Assembly (NCBI GenBank): GCA_964429235.1 | Contig: CAYSAQ010000002.1 | Location: 230,952-294,951 of the forward strand | Direction of reading: 5' to 3' | Source: an uncultured Candidatus Marinamargulisbacteria bacterium | Lineage (GTDB): Bacteria; Margulisbacteria; Riflemargulisbacteria; GWF2-35-9; DYQY01 | DNA length: 64,000 nt | Notes under the pieces: generated by a model | Told to the model about the DNA's origin: nothing | What the model saw: only the letters and a program-made list of their open reading frames with translations | The model's database searches: none | Part shown: positions 36,613-46,448 of the stretch, one piece after another | Layout of the letters: each line of letters opens with the position of its first letter | How positions within the stretch are numbered: the stretch's first letter is position 1 | Position numbers and translations under genes: made by a program

Positions 36613-37728
36613 TTAGCGAGAGAGTAAGTTTTTCAGAAGACCTAATTTATTGGATTTTTCAGAGAACCAAAAGCATAGCGCATAGTGCAAGAATGTAGCT
36701 AATTTGCCTTTTACTTTTATTCCTTCAGCAAGCCCAATACTATTATTGTTAGCCATAGGGATAATGTATCCTGGGTCATGCGATTTAAAAGTAATTAGAG
36801 GTTTTTTGCTTATGCTATTAATTATATTCTTTGCAGCAACCTTTGCGGCATCCACTGCAAAACGGACACTCATTCTAAGTGGCATATCTTTTTCTATAAA
36901 CTGACAGGAGTCGCCACAGGCAAAAACATTATCAGAGATATGCATATTTTTATCCACAAGCACTCTTTCTTGTCTGTCTTTTTCTCCATTAAGTTGCTTG
37001 ATTATATCAACAGCTTTCACGCCAGAGCTCCATACTAACATTGCTCTTTCATAAGTATCCTTTTCGTTAATAGTAATAGTTGTTTCTTCAATGTTTGTTA
37101 CTTGAGAATTAATAAGACAATTAATCTTTAAACTGTATAAATTTTTCACAACATGTTTCCTGATCCATTCCGGCATAGGCCTTAAAAGTTTAGGAGAGAA
37201 CTCTACAATGGATATTTTCTTATCAAGCCCTTGTTTATCAAATAATAGCCTAAGATGCGTAGCAGTTTCTATCCCAGTATAGCCTCCACCAGAGACCAGA
37301 ACATGGTCGATGTTGTCAGAAAGAGCGGCTACTTTGATAGTGGAAGCATCTCGCACATCATCTAGTTTCAGAGAATTATTAGTAATAAGCTTGTTGCCAT
37401 AATAATTTGTTTCAGATCCTGTAGTTATAAGAAGATAGTCATAGTCTATTTGCTGGGTTGGAGTTTTTATTATATTTTCATTGGAAAGGACCTCTATTAC
37501 AGCTTCATTTATAAAGTTGATTTTTCTTTTTTTGCACCAATGAGTTAATGAGAAAGTTATGTTTTTTATTGCTAGGTTGCCACTAATAATATCCGGTAGC
37601 AAAGGAAGAAAAGTGGAGTCATCCTTGTAGTCGAGTATGGTTAGCTGAATGTCATGGTTTTTATATAGCTTCTTTGCAGCCTGAATTCCTGCAAAGCCAC
37701 CACCGATAATAACTACTTTTTTTTGCAT
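36613..37728 (-). CDS. type II NADH:quinone oxidoreductase-like FAD/NAD(P)-binding oxidoreductase
   Basis: N-terminal KVVIIGGGFAGIQAAKKL and a second dinucleotide-binding motif VLVSGGGYTGIETA. Length fits the NDH-2 / sulfide:quinone reductase family. Confidence 0.75.
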   Translation of the reverse strand: MQKKVVIIGGGFAGIQAAKKLYKNHDIQLTILDYKDDSTFLPLLPDIISGNLAIKNITFSLTHWCKKRKINFINEAVIEVLSNENIIKTPTQQIDYDYLLITTGSETNYYGNKLITNNSLKLDDVRDASTIKVAALSDNIDHVLVSGGGYTGIETATHLRLLFDKQGLDKKISIVEFSPKLLRPMPEWIRKHVVKNLYSLKINCLINSQVTNIEETTITINEKDTYERAMLVWSSGVKAVDIIKQLNGEKDRQERVLVDKNMHISDNVFACGDSCQFIEKDMPLRMSVRFAVDAAKVAAKNIINSISKKPLITFKSHDPGYIIPMANNNSIGLAEGIKVKGKLATFLHYALCFWFSEKSNKLGLLKNLLSR

Positions 37729-37766
37729 GGTTTCATTGTAGCATAGGTCTCTAGTATAATAGTGGC

Positions 37767-38660
37767 ATGAAAAAGAATATAAAAGTTTGGATTCAGGCTA
37801 TAAGAGCATACTCTTTTACGGCATCGGTTGTTCCTGTTCTCATATGTTTTGCAATAGCAATTATGAATGGAAATAAAGTTGGTTTGTTGGACTTTTTTTT
37901 GATGTTGCTGGGGGTTCTTTGTATTCATGCAGCTACGAATTTAGTTAATGATTTTTATGATTATATAAAGGGTGTAGACAGGAAAGAAACAAAAGGCTCT
38001 AGCATGGTTTTAGTAGATGGCTTGTTGAAGCCTGCCCAGCTGATACCAGTTATAGCTATTTTTTATTCTATAGCATTAATTATTGGCACATATTTTATCT
38101 ATACCGCAAGTTCTCAATTATTGTGGTTTATTCTTATCGGATTGGGCGGAAGCTATTTTTATACAGCAGGAAACAAATCTTTAAAATATTTAGCACTGGG
38201 TGAACCTGCGGTGTTTTTATTAATGGGTCCTTTTTTGTTTTTAGCTATTTATTTTGGATTTACAGCAGAGTTCTCATTGGATGTTTTGCTATTCTCATTG
38301 CCTGTTGGATTACAGATTATGGCCATAATTACCGCTAATAATATCAGAGATATTGATGACGATAAGGCTTCTGGAATTAAGACAATAGCAATGCTTTTGG
38401 GTAAAAAGAAAGCTAAGTATTTGTACTATGCAGAGTTAGACTTTTCTTATTTATTACTAGGAATATATACTTTCTTTTACTATAAGAACTATTGGCTGTT
38501 ACTGCCAATGATTAGCTTGCCAATAGCTTTTAAATTAGTTAGAACTTTTTTAAAAGAAGAAACTTTGCCAGAAAATATAGTTGAAAATACTGCAAGGTTT
38601 CAGATGATATTTGGCTTATTATTATTTGCGGCACTAATGCTAACGTACCTTTTAGGATGA
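37767..38660 (+). CDS. UbiA-family prenyltransferase (MenA-like)
   Basis: Polytopic membrane protein with NDFYDYIKGVD and ANNIRDIDDDKASGIKT Asp-rich motifs typical of MenA/UbiA. Confidence 0.75.
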   Translation: MKKNIKVWIQAIRAYSFTASVVPVLICFAIAIMNGNKVGLLDFFLMLLGVLCIHAATNLVNDFYDYIKGVDRKETKGSSMVLVDGLLKPAQLIPVIAIFYSIALIIGTYFIYTASSQLLWFILIGLGGSYFYTAGNKSLKYLALGEPAVFLLMGPFLFLAIYFGFTAEFSLDVLLFSLPVGLQIMAIITANNIRDIDDDKASGIKTIAMLLGKKKAKYLYYAELDFSYLLLGIYTFFYYKNYWLLLPMISLPIAFKLVRTFLKEETLPENIVENTARFQMIFGLLLFAALMLTYLLG

Positions 38661-39652
38661 TAGAAGATTTTTCTAAAGAGTTAGCCGATGAGTATGCAAA
38701 GAATATTGCAGATCTTTTAAATATACATAAGCAAGATATTGGTCAGGATGCTTTTAATCAATTAACAAAATCAATGGCAGGTAAAGGGAAGATGTTTCGT
38801 TCGCTTCTAGCATTATTGGTTTTCTTGGGATATTCAAAGCAAGAGTCTCTAACAGAATCATATAGATGGGCAATTTCTTTTGATATTTTGCAGAGCTTCA
38901 TCTTGTTTCATGATGATATTCTTGATAAGGCAACAATAAGAAGAGGGAGCCCTGTTCCTTCCAAAGAGTTGGCATTAGTTTGGGGTGATATATTGTTTGC
39001 CTCTGGCGTAAAACAGTTTATGAGTATACCTGTAAATGAAGAAAAGAAATCGCTAGCATTAATGGAGCTAATGCAAATAGCAATTGATACAGGAATAGGC
39101 GAGATGGCAGATCAACGATTAGCTATTGGCAGAATAAAAGATATTACGGAAGAAGAGATTGCGCAGGTGTATATGAAAAAAACAGCCATGTATTCTTTTG
39201 TATCACCATTTGTTTGTGCTGCAATTATCGGTGGTGCAAGTAGCAAAGACATAGAATTATTGAGGACAGCAGGAAGTAAAATAGGAGTTGCGTATCAATA
39301 TTTAGATGATTTGATAGACGTTTTCATGAAAGAAGGAGATTCTGGGAAAACAAGCATGAATGATGTGCAGAATGGTAAATTGAATATAGTTTTATTTAAA
39401 TCATTAGCGTGTATAACAGAAAAAAAGGAACAAGAAAGATTTTTAAGTTCTTTGGAAATAGGGGACATTAAAAGCGTAAAAAGCTTTATAGAGAGTATTT
39501 CAGTAAAAAGAGATATTATTTCTAGTATTAATGCTTTAGTTCTGGAAGGCATACAGTGTATCGATAGTTTAGAAATAGATTTGCAATATAAAAAAAATAT
39601 TAAAAACATAATCTCTAGTTTATTTGAAAAGTACTTAATAAAGTTTATATAA
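38657..39652 (+). CDS. polyprenyl diphosphate synthase (trans-isoprenyl diphosphate synthase family)
   Basis: Two DDxxD motifs (FHDDILDKAT; YQYLDDLIDVF). Overlaps the MenA-like gene by 4 nt. Confidence 0.75.
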   Translation: MIEDFSKELADEYAKNIADLLNIHKQDIGQDAFNQLTKSMAGKGKMFRSLLALLVFLGYSKQESLTESYRWAISFDILQSFILFHDDILDKATIRRGSPVPSKELALVWGDILFASGVKQFMSIPVNEEKKSLALMELMQIAIDTGIGEMADQRLAIGRIKDITEEEIAQVYMKKTAMYSFVSPFVCAAIIGGASSKDIELLRTAGSKIGVAYQYLDDLIDVFMKEGDSGKTSMNDVQNGKLNIVLFKSLACITEKKEQERFLSSLEIGDIKSVKSFIESISVKRDIISSINALVLEGIQCIDSLEIDLQYKKNIKNIISSLFEKYLIKFI

Positions 39653-39683
39653 TAGGGCTAATAAGTATCTAGGAGGTAATAAG

Positions 39684-40064
39684 ATGGAATTTGCAAAGAA
39701 GAATGCACATTGGTTATTAAGGGCTGCCTTTGCAGCGGTATTTTTATTTCATGGTTTAAGTAAGTTTCCAGTTGCTGGAGCAATGGCTGGTATGATGGGC
39801 ATGCCTGTTATCGCGGTATATATGCTGGCGTTAATGGAAACAATGGCAGGGGTGTTGGTGCTGTATGGCGGGTTAGGTAATGGTTTAGCAACTAAGGTTG
39901 GTGGAGCATTAATAGTTCCTGTTATGTTAGGAGCAATCATGATGTTGCATGCTGGACAGTGGAGCTTTATGCCTACTGAACAATTTCCTGCTGGTGGCAT
40001 GGAATTCCAGGTAGTATTAATAGGGCTTTCTTTATATTTCTTATTTAAGGGAAATGATATTTAA
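39684..40064 (+). CDS. DoxX family membrane protein
   Basis: 126 aa with four hydrophobic helices and a DoxX-like N-terminus (LLRAAFAAVFLFHGLSKF). SD aggagg upstream. Confidence 0.7.
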   Translation: MEFAKKNAHWLLRAAFAAVFLFHGLSKFPVAGAMAGMMGMPVIAVYMLALMETMAGVLVLYGGLGNGLATKVGGALIVPVMLGAIMMLHAGQWSFMPTEQFPAGGMEFQVVLIGLSLYFLFKGNDI

Positions 40065-40074
40065 TAAGTTAATC

Positions 40075-40101
40075 TTCTCCCTCGCCATTGGCGAGGGAGA
40101 A
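40075..40101. terminator. bidirectional terminator hairpin (12-bp GC-rich stem) between convergent genes
   Basis: ttctccctcgcc-att-ggcgagggagaa followed by tcgtttt. It lies between the stops of the DoxX gene (+) and the RND gene (-). Confidence 0.7.
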
Positions 40102-40106
40102 TCGTT

Positions 40107-43100
40107 TTAGATAGTTTTTACTTCACATCCAGTACACATCTTTTTAACGCGAGCATTAAAGTTATGCTGTATAACGTATAAAGATGGCACCAAAATTAGC
40201 GTAATAATAGTTGCAAAGACAAGCCCCCATGCAATCGTAAGAATCATTGGTACTATGAATGGGTTATCTCCACCAAATGCATATGCAGTAGGAAAGAGAC
40301 CAGCTGCAGTAGTAGTTGTAGTTAGCAGAATTGGGCGCAGTCTTCTTTTTGCTCCAGCTGCCATACTCTCGATACTGGTTCCGGCTTCATCTCTCTTAGT
40401 ATTCAAGAAACTTATCATTACTAATGAATCATTTACGACAATCCCTGTTAGTCCGATAAGTCCAATCATTGCTGGAAAACTCATTGGTAAATTGTGAGAC
40501 CAGAATGTGAAGATAACACCAGATAAACTGAAAGGAATAGCAGTCATTACTAAGAATGGCTGAGTGAAGCTGTTAAATAGAACAACAAGAATAAAGTAGA
40601 TACCAACTAATGCAAGGATAAGAGCAGAGAAGAGGCTAGACATAGCTTCCTGTGTATCTTGTTCTTCACCACCAAATTTTACTCTTAAGGCAGGATACTG
40701 TTTTGTTAGAGGTTTTAATTCTTTTTTGATTTTCTGGTTTGCTTCAAAAGAAGTTATTTTATCTAAATCAACATCAGCATAGATTGTAACTGATCTATCT
40801 GCATCAAAGTGATTTATTTTAAGCAAATCATCTTTCTCTGTAGCTTTAATAAGCTGGCCAAGAGGGATTAGTTTCCCTTGATGATTTTGAACAGTTAAAG
40901 ACTTAATTGTTCTTAATGTTGCTGCTTTTTTGTTGGAACCAGCAGTTCTTGCTTCTTTGTTTAAGATAACCCTATAGTCTATATCTTCTCCGTTCCATCG
41001 AAGTTCAGATACAATGATGCCCTGGAAAGCTGTTCTAATAGTATTTGCTACAGATATGGCATTTAGTCCTAGCCTAGACATAAGGTCATAATCTAGTGAT
41101 ATATCGATTCTTTTTTTGCCTTTCCCTTCATTGTCTACGATATCTTTTACTCCATCTAGATTTGCTAAATAGTTTTTAAGATGTTTGAAAACAGCATTAC
41201 GAGAATCATCATTGTCGCTAATAAGAGTAACCGTGATAGGCTCTCCAACTGGAGGTCCGTCAGATAGAATATCAGCATCAAGTTTGGTAAACCCTTTGAT
41301 GCCTTCAATATCTTTTTTGATGTCAGAAACTATGTCTGTTGCTGTTCTGTTTCTGCTTCCCATTGGAGTAAGGTGAATCATAATGTTCCCTACAAACCCT
41401 GCACTATAGTTTGTTCCAAAATCAGCCACTTGAGGGATATGTTCTCCTACAGTAGTTACAAATTTTGATACACCTTGTGTTAGATAAGGTTTTAATGCTT
41501 CTTCAATAGCTTCTGCTTTCTTAGATGTTTCCTCTAAGCTTGTTCCCTGTGCTGTTTCATAAGTAATGTATGCATACATACCATCATCAGAAGGGAATAG
41601 AACGAATTTCATACTTGTTATCATTACGATGATAGATAAGATGAATATTCCTATAAAAGTTAGTGTTGTTTTATATTTATTGTTTATCGTGAATATAATA
41701 AATTTTTCATATTTATTTTCAAAGCGACCAAACCATGTTTTCTTCTTTTTATCTTTCTTTTTAATTTTTGTATGAGAAATATGAGAAGGAAGAATGAATA
41801 AACATTCTGCCAAAGAGCTGAATAGTATCAGCGCAACAGCAATCGGCATTTGGAACATGAACTTCCCAAGGATACCTTTCATTGCCATCATAGGCAGGAA
41901 CACTACAACTGTTGTTAAAATAGTTGTTATAACCGGCCACAGTACTTCTTGAACTCCTTTTTGCGCTGCTTCCATTGGAGGAAGTCCCTCTTCTCGGTAG
42001 TGGTAGATGTTTTCGCCAACAATAATGGCATCATCGACAATCATTCCAAGTACAAGGATAAGCCCCATTAAGGAAATAAAGTTTATTGTTACTCCGAAAA
42101 CAGGGAAAAGACTCAGTGAAAGCATTATGGAGATTGGTATTCCAAGTGCAGTCCAAAATGCTATTTTAAAATTAAGCAGAACAAGCAAGGTTAGTAGAAC
42201 AAGCACAAACCCTAGCCAAGCATTGCTTATTACCATATCTAGTAAGCTTTTTACTTCAACCGAAAAGTCGACTACAAGTGATATTTGTACGTTTTCTGGA
42301 AGATCTTTTTGGAAGTCTTTTATGATTTGTCGCATTTCTACAGAAGCGTTCATTATGTCAGCGGCAGGTTTTTTCTTAACAGTCATGTTGATGGACTTAT
42401 TTCCATCAGTTTTAATTATAGTTCCTGCTTTTTCATATCCATCTACAATGCGAGCAACGTCAGAAACAATAACTCTGTTACCTTCAAATCCACTACGGAT
42501 TATTACTTTTCCCACATCTTTTGGGTTTTCAAATTCTGACATGATTAAGAATTTTTTCTCATTGAATTTGCTGTTAAGATCGCCAGCACTCATTCTAAAG
42601 TTATGCGCCTCGATAGCTGACATGACTTCACCAAGAGATATATAGTTCGCTAGTAGCTTCTTTTGGTCTACTTCTATTTTGATTTCTTTTTCTAGGTAGC
42701 CGAATTTATCTATGCCTCCTACAAGTTTGTTTTCTCTAAACTTGTTTTCTAGTGCTTTTGCATAAACTCTTTTTATTCCATAGTTAGCAGTCCCTGTAAT
42801 TGCAACTTCTACTAAGGGTAGTGTGTCGCTGTTAATTTCTATAATATATGGTTTTGCTTCAACTTCCTTTGGTAAATCTTGAACCCGGTCGACTGCTTTT
42901 TTGATATCTTCCTTGGTTTTTTTATAATCAACGGAATCATCAAGTTCTACAGCGACTATAGAAAAGCTCTCAAGTGATCTTGATGTAAGCCTTTTTATGC
43001 CATCAACACTTTTTAATTCGTCTTCTATTTTGTTTGTTACTTTTAGCTCGACATCTTCTGGAGAAGCGCCTGGGTAGACTGTAGAGATTCTTACAAACCC

Positions 43101-43229
43101 ATAATCTACAGAAGGGGCACCTTGTTTTTGTAGGTTTTTAATAGTTAGAGCGCCCATTAATAGTATAAATACTAATATAAGGTTTACTACCTTTGGTCGT
43201 TTGATAAAGAATTCAACGATTTTCATCAT
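40107..43229 (-). CDS. RND family efflux transporter permease (AcrB/AcrD/AcrF-like)
   Basis: 1040 aa, 12-TM architecture with two large periplasmic loops and typical RND N-terminus MMKIVEFFIKRPKVVNLILVFILLMG. Confidence 0.92.
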   Translation of the reverse strand: MMKIVEFFIKRPKVVNLILVFILLMGALTIKNLQKQGAPSVDYGFVRISTVYPGASPEDVELKVTNKIEDELKSVDGIKRLTSRSLESFSIVAVELDDSVDYKKTKEDIKKAVDRVQDLPKEVEAKPYIIEINSDTLPLVEVAITGTANYGIKRVYAKALENKFRENKLVGGIDKFGYLEKEIKIEVDQKKLLANYISLGEVMSAIEAHNFRMSAGDLNSKFNEKKFLIMSEFENPKDVGKVIIRSGFEGNRVIVSDVARIVDGYEKAGTIIKTDGNKSINMTVKKKPAADIMNASVEMRQIIKDFQKDLPENVQISLVVDFSVEVKSLLDMVISNAWLGFVLVLLTLLVLLNFKIAFWTALGIPISIMLSLSLFPVFGVTINFISLMGLILVLGMIVDDAIIVGENIYHYREEGLPPMEAAQKGVQEVLWPVITTILTTVVVFLPMMAMKGILGKFMFQMPIAVALILFSSLAECLFILPSHISHTKIKKKDKKKKTWFGRFENKYEKFIIFTINNKYKTTLTFIGIFILSIIVMITSMKFVLFPSDDGMYAYITYETAQGTSLEETSKKAEAIEEALKPYLTQGVSKFVTTVGEHIPQVADFGTNYSAGFVGNIMIHLTPMGSRNRTATDIVSDIKKDIEGIKGFTKLDADILSDGPPVGEPITVTLISDNDDSRNAVFKHLKNYLANLDGVKDIVDNEGKGKKRIDISLDYDLMSRLGLNAISVANTIRTAFQGIIVSELRWNGEDIDYRVILNKEARTAGSNKKAATLRTIKSLTVQNHQGKLIPLGQLIKATEKDDLLKINHFDADRSVTIYADVDLDKITSFEANQKIKKELKPLTKQYPALRVKFGGEEQDTQEAMSSLFSALILALVGIYFILVVLFNSFTQPFLVMTAIPFSLSGVIFTFWSHNLPMSFPAMIGLIGLTGIVVNDSLVMISFLNTKRDEAGTSIESMAAGAKRRLRPILLTTTTTAAGLFPTAYAFGGDNPFIVPMILTIAWGLVFATIITLILVPSLYVIQHNFNARVKKMCTGCEVKTI

Positions 43230-43231
43230 GG

Positions 43232-44692
43232 TTATTTGGCTCCTTTGTTGATGATGCTCATTAATAATGGTGTTTTTTGATATGTATCCAATAGTGATGA
43301 CAATTTGTTTATTAGTAGCATTTTGCTGCTTTTTAATGAAGCAAGATGCATCTTTGTTCCAAGGAGTTTGTCTTGGGCATTAATAAGAAAATACAAAGAG
43401 CTTCTTCCTTGCTTAAACTTCTTTTCTTCAAGTGCTGCAAATTCTATGGATAAGTTTACTAGTTCTTCGTTTTCTCTAATCATTTCATCTAAGGATTTAA
43501 TGTTTTGGTAAATAGTAAGAAGTCCATCAACACTATCTTTCATTATGTTTTCATTTTCTTTTTGTATTTTAGTTAATCTTTCTCTGGCTGCTTGTTCTTC
43601 TTTATTTGCAGCAGTGTTTTGCAAAGGAGTTTCAATTTGTAATCCGATACTAAATGGAGACTGAGATCCTAGATTATTAGCCATGTCCTCTTTTGTGTTT
43701 TCTGCAGAACCAACAGTTTTAGATAGGAACAGTTCGGCTGATGGTTTTGACTTGTTTTCTTGGTAAAGCAAAGTTTCTTTTTGCATTTTTTCTTGTATTT
43801 TTAATAGCTTTGCAAGTTTCGATCTTGTTTGAAGGTAATTAACAGAGTCTGCTACTCGGCCATCTACACCTAGTTGAATGTTGTTTTGAGGTAATAATGA
43901 TGTAGCGTCTTTGTTTTTTGCATCACCAATTCGGGAAGCAATGACCAATCCTTTATTTTCTAAGCCTTGCTTTGCCGATAGAAATTGAACCGATTTAGAT
44001 TTCAAGCTTTGGTTTGCTTGTACAAGTTCTAGTTTTTCAGAAGCACCTCTTTTGTATTGTTTTTCTACAAATGATACTTGGTCTTTAGCTTTATTATATT
44101 GTTCTTTGGTAATAACCATTGTGATATAAGCAAGCTGCCACGAAAGATAATCATCGATTAGTGTTTTATAAAAATTCTCTAAATCTTCAGAGTATTTAAT
44201 TGAAGCGAGTTCGTTGCCGAATTTAGCAAGTTGTAATGGATATCTGTCCATTTGTCCAAAAGCATTTTTCAGTAATGGTTGCACGATACTAATGTTTAAA
44301 TTCGCGTTGTAAATAGTAGAAGTTCCACCATTGAACCCAGGGATTGCTTTCATGCGAGTAGCTTCAGATGTTAGGTTTAGCCTCGTTCCTGTATCTGCTA
44401 ATAAAGAAGATAGCCCTGCTTGTGCTACAAGTATCTCGGTGTCACCACTGTACATTGTTGTTCCTTGCATGGAGTATCCTTTTGTATAAGAAGAAGACAT
44501 GAAAAGGTTCCAGTCATTTATGCCCTTTGCCATGTCGTTGGCATTCAGTTGTGCCATATATTCTGCTTGGCTTTTCTCAACCAATGGATGGTTATTTAGT
44601 GCTAGTTCTAGGTAATCATCTAAAAGCAGAACTTGTGGTGTTTGAGCAAAAGACACACACAGTATTCCTAGTAGTATTATTATTCTTTTCAT
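43232..44692 (-). CDS. TolC-family outer membrane efflux protein
   Basis: 486 aa with signal peptide, TolC-like start (LLLDDYLELALNNHPLVEKSQAEY) and coiled-coil-rich repeats. Immediately upstream of the RND gene on the same strand. Confidence 0.75.
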   Translation of the reverse strand: MKRIIILLGILCVSFAQTPQVLLLDDYLELALNNHPLVEKSQAEYMAQLNANDMAKGINDWNLFMSSSYTKGYSMQGTTMYSGDTEILVAQAGLSSLLADTGTRLNLTSEATRMKAIPGFNGGTSTIYNANLNISIVQPLLKNAFGQMDRYPLQLAKFGNELASIKYSEDLENFYKTLIDDYLSWQLAYITMVITKEQYNKAKDQVSFVEKQYKRGASEKLELVQANQSLKSKSVQFLSAKQGLENKGLVIASRIGDAKNKDATSLLPQNNIQLGVDGRVADSVNYLQTRSKLAKLLKIQEKMQKETLLYQENKSKPSAELFLSKTVGSAENTKEDMANNLGSQSPFSIGLQIETPLQNTAANKEEQAARERLTKIQKENENIMKDSVDGLLTIYQNIKSLDEMIRENEELVNLSIEFAALEEKKFKQGRSSLYFLINAQDKLLGTKMHLASLKSSKMLLINKLSSLLDTYQKTPLLMSIINKGAK

Positions 44693-44801
44693 TTTAGTCT
44701 CCTTTTGTATAATCTGTATAATATATTTGATTTCTACTTTTTAAGTAGTAGCATTATATTATAGTATATTGAGAATGAGTAGAGAAAGGGCGGAGTTACC
44801 T

Positions 44802-45557
44802 ATGGAACAAATAACTAGTTTTCAAAATCCAAAATATAGAAACCTTGGCAAGCTTCATAGCAAGAAGCATCGTGATGCCATGTCATTATTTATTGTAGAG
44901 GGCGAAAAAGAAATAACTTTTGCTTTGCGAAACGGCTATGTTTGCCAGGAACTATGGGGCACAGAAGAAAAGTTAGAAGTAATAAATGTTGAGACTGCTA
45001 AATACCTTATTAATAGGGGAATGTTTGAAAAGATTGGGTACAGAGAAAAAACAGAGTCAATCTTGGGTGTTTTTCAAAAAAAAGATGAGCAGATAGACTT
45101 GTCTGGCGCAGAGAATATTCTTGTTTGTGAAAAAATTGAAAAGCCTGGGAATATTGGGGCCTTATTTAGAATAGCTGACGGTGCTGGCGCCGATTTGATT
45201 GTTTTTACGGAACAAGACACTGATATTTATAGCCCAAATGTTATAAGAAATAGTGTGGGAACTTTTTTTTCAACAAAGTTTGGCTGTATAGATAAAGAAA
45301 ACTTATATATAGGATTAAAGAAACATGGCGTTGAAATTATGGTGGCAACTCCAGAAGCTACGAATCCTTATTATAAGGAAAATCTATCTGTGAAAAGTGC
45401 GCTTGTAGTAGGAAGTGAGCATAACGGTGTTTCTGACTATTGGAAAGAAAAAGCTGATATAAAGTTATCTATTCCAATGCTGGGCGAAAATGATTCCTTA
45501 AACGTAGGTATAAGCGTAGCAGTTGTTATGTATGAGAAGGTTCGTCAGTTATCGTGA
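44802..45557 (+). CDS. TrmH/SpoU family RNA 2'-O-methyltransferase
   Basis: SPOUT motifs (NIGALFRIADGAGAD; LVVGSEHNGVS; LNVGISVAVVMYE). I prefer ATG at 44802 with ggag upstream over the track's TTG at 44769. Confidence 0.8.
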   Translation: MEQITSFQNPKYRNLGKLHSKKHRDAMSLFIVEGEKEITFALRNGYVCQELWGTEEKLEVINVETAKYLINRGMFEKIGYREKTESILGVFQKKDEQIDLSGAENILVCEKIEKPGNIGALFRIADGAGADLIVFTEQDTDIYSPNVIRNSVGTFFSTKFGCIDKENLYIGLKKHGVEIMVATPEATNPYYKENLSVKSALVVGSEHNGVSDYWKEKADIKLSIPMLGENDSLNVGISVAVVMYEKVRQLS

Positions 45558-45718
45558 AGCGTCCTGCAGTAGCTTCTGTATTGTTGTTGGTAGTTATCAC
45601 GGTTTTACTTATGGTTGCAAATTATTATATAGAGTCATTGTCTATTCAAAAGCAACAATTGCAATTTATGAAGGATAGTCTTATAAAAGATGTTGAAGAA
45701 TTTAACAGTCTGCAATAA
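45554..45718 (+). CDS. possible small membrane protein (54 aa, GTG start; not in the ORF track)
   Basis: Translation VKRPAVASVLLLVVITVLLMVANYY... has one hydrophobic helix. Start overlaps the trmH stop. Could be spurious. Confidence 0.2.
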   Translation: MKRPAVASVLLLVVITVLLMVANYYIESLSIQKQQLQFMKDSLIKDVEEFNSLQ

Positions 45719-45750
45719 TATCATACAAGCGAAAAGAGGATGAAAGTTTT

Positions 45751-46248
45751 ATGCAAGTAGATGTAACACCATTATTATCAGAAATAGGAAATTCAGAAGA
45801 ATATTCTTTGGATGAGCCGTTTAAATTAGATTTAGGCGAAGATATGTCGCTAAAGGATAATGTAGTGCTAGAAGTGACAGTAGTTAATTCTGGAATGGGT
45901 TTGGTTGCAAAGGGAAGGATTTCGACAATTGTGAGCTTAGAATGCTCAATATGTTTGAAGCAATTTGACGAGAAAATTTCTTTTGAGTTTGAAGAGCGTT
46001 TTGTAGATGAATCCAAAAAATATTTTTCTGATGAGAAAGATTACGAAGTTCAGAATGATGACGTATTCTTCACGTATAGCGCAGATTTAACGATAGATTT
46101 CTCTGAAATGGCACGTGAACTTATTATTTTAAATTTGCCAATAGCACCTAAATGTGATATAAATTGTCAGGTTCAGAAACAAGAAGAGAAAAAGACAATA
46201 GATCCAAGACTGGCTGTTTTGGAACAACTAAAAAAGACGGAGGACTAG
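45751..46248 (+). CDS. yceD: YceD/DUF177 family protein
   Basis: 165 aa with CxxC...CxxC pairs (ECSICL; PKCDINCQ), located immediately upstream of rpmF as is typical. Confidence 0.8.
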   Translation: MQVDVTPLLSEIGNSEEYSLDEPFKLDLGEDMSLKDNVVLEVTVVNSGMGLVAKGRISTIVSLECSICLKQFDEKISFEFEERFVDESKKYFSDEKDYEVQNDDVFFTYSADLTIDFSEMARELIILNLPIAPKCDINCQVQKQEEKKTIDPRLAVLEQLKKTED

Positions 46249-46249
46249 A

Positions 46250-46438
46250 ATGGCAGTACCTAAAAAGAAAACCACTAAGATGAAGAGAGATCAGCGTAGA
46301 GCGCACTGGAAAGTTAAAATGCCAGAAATCTCAACTTGTCCTAATTGTCAGGCAGACGTTAGACCTTATCATGTTTGCACATCCTGTGGTGAATACCAAG
46401 GGCGTCAGATTTTGAATAAAACAGCAGTAGCTGAATAA
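46250..46438 (+). CDS. rpmF: 50S ribosomal protein L32
   Basis: MAVPKKKTTKMKRDQRRAHWK...CPNCQ...CTSCG is the L32 signature with a zinc ribbon. Confidence 0.9.
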   Translation: MAVPKKKTTKMKRDQRRAHWKVKMPEISTCPNCQADVRPYHVCTSCGEYQGRQILNKTAVAE

Positions 46439-46448
46439 TAAACCCCTA

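Noticed and set aside
40255-42645. Plus-strand ORFs (40255-40497, 41185-41376, 41566-41775, 42007-42645, 42285-42539) inside the RND permease gene
   Set aside because: They are antisense to a 1040-aa protein with clear RND architecture and have no independent support.
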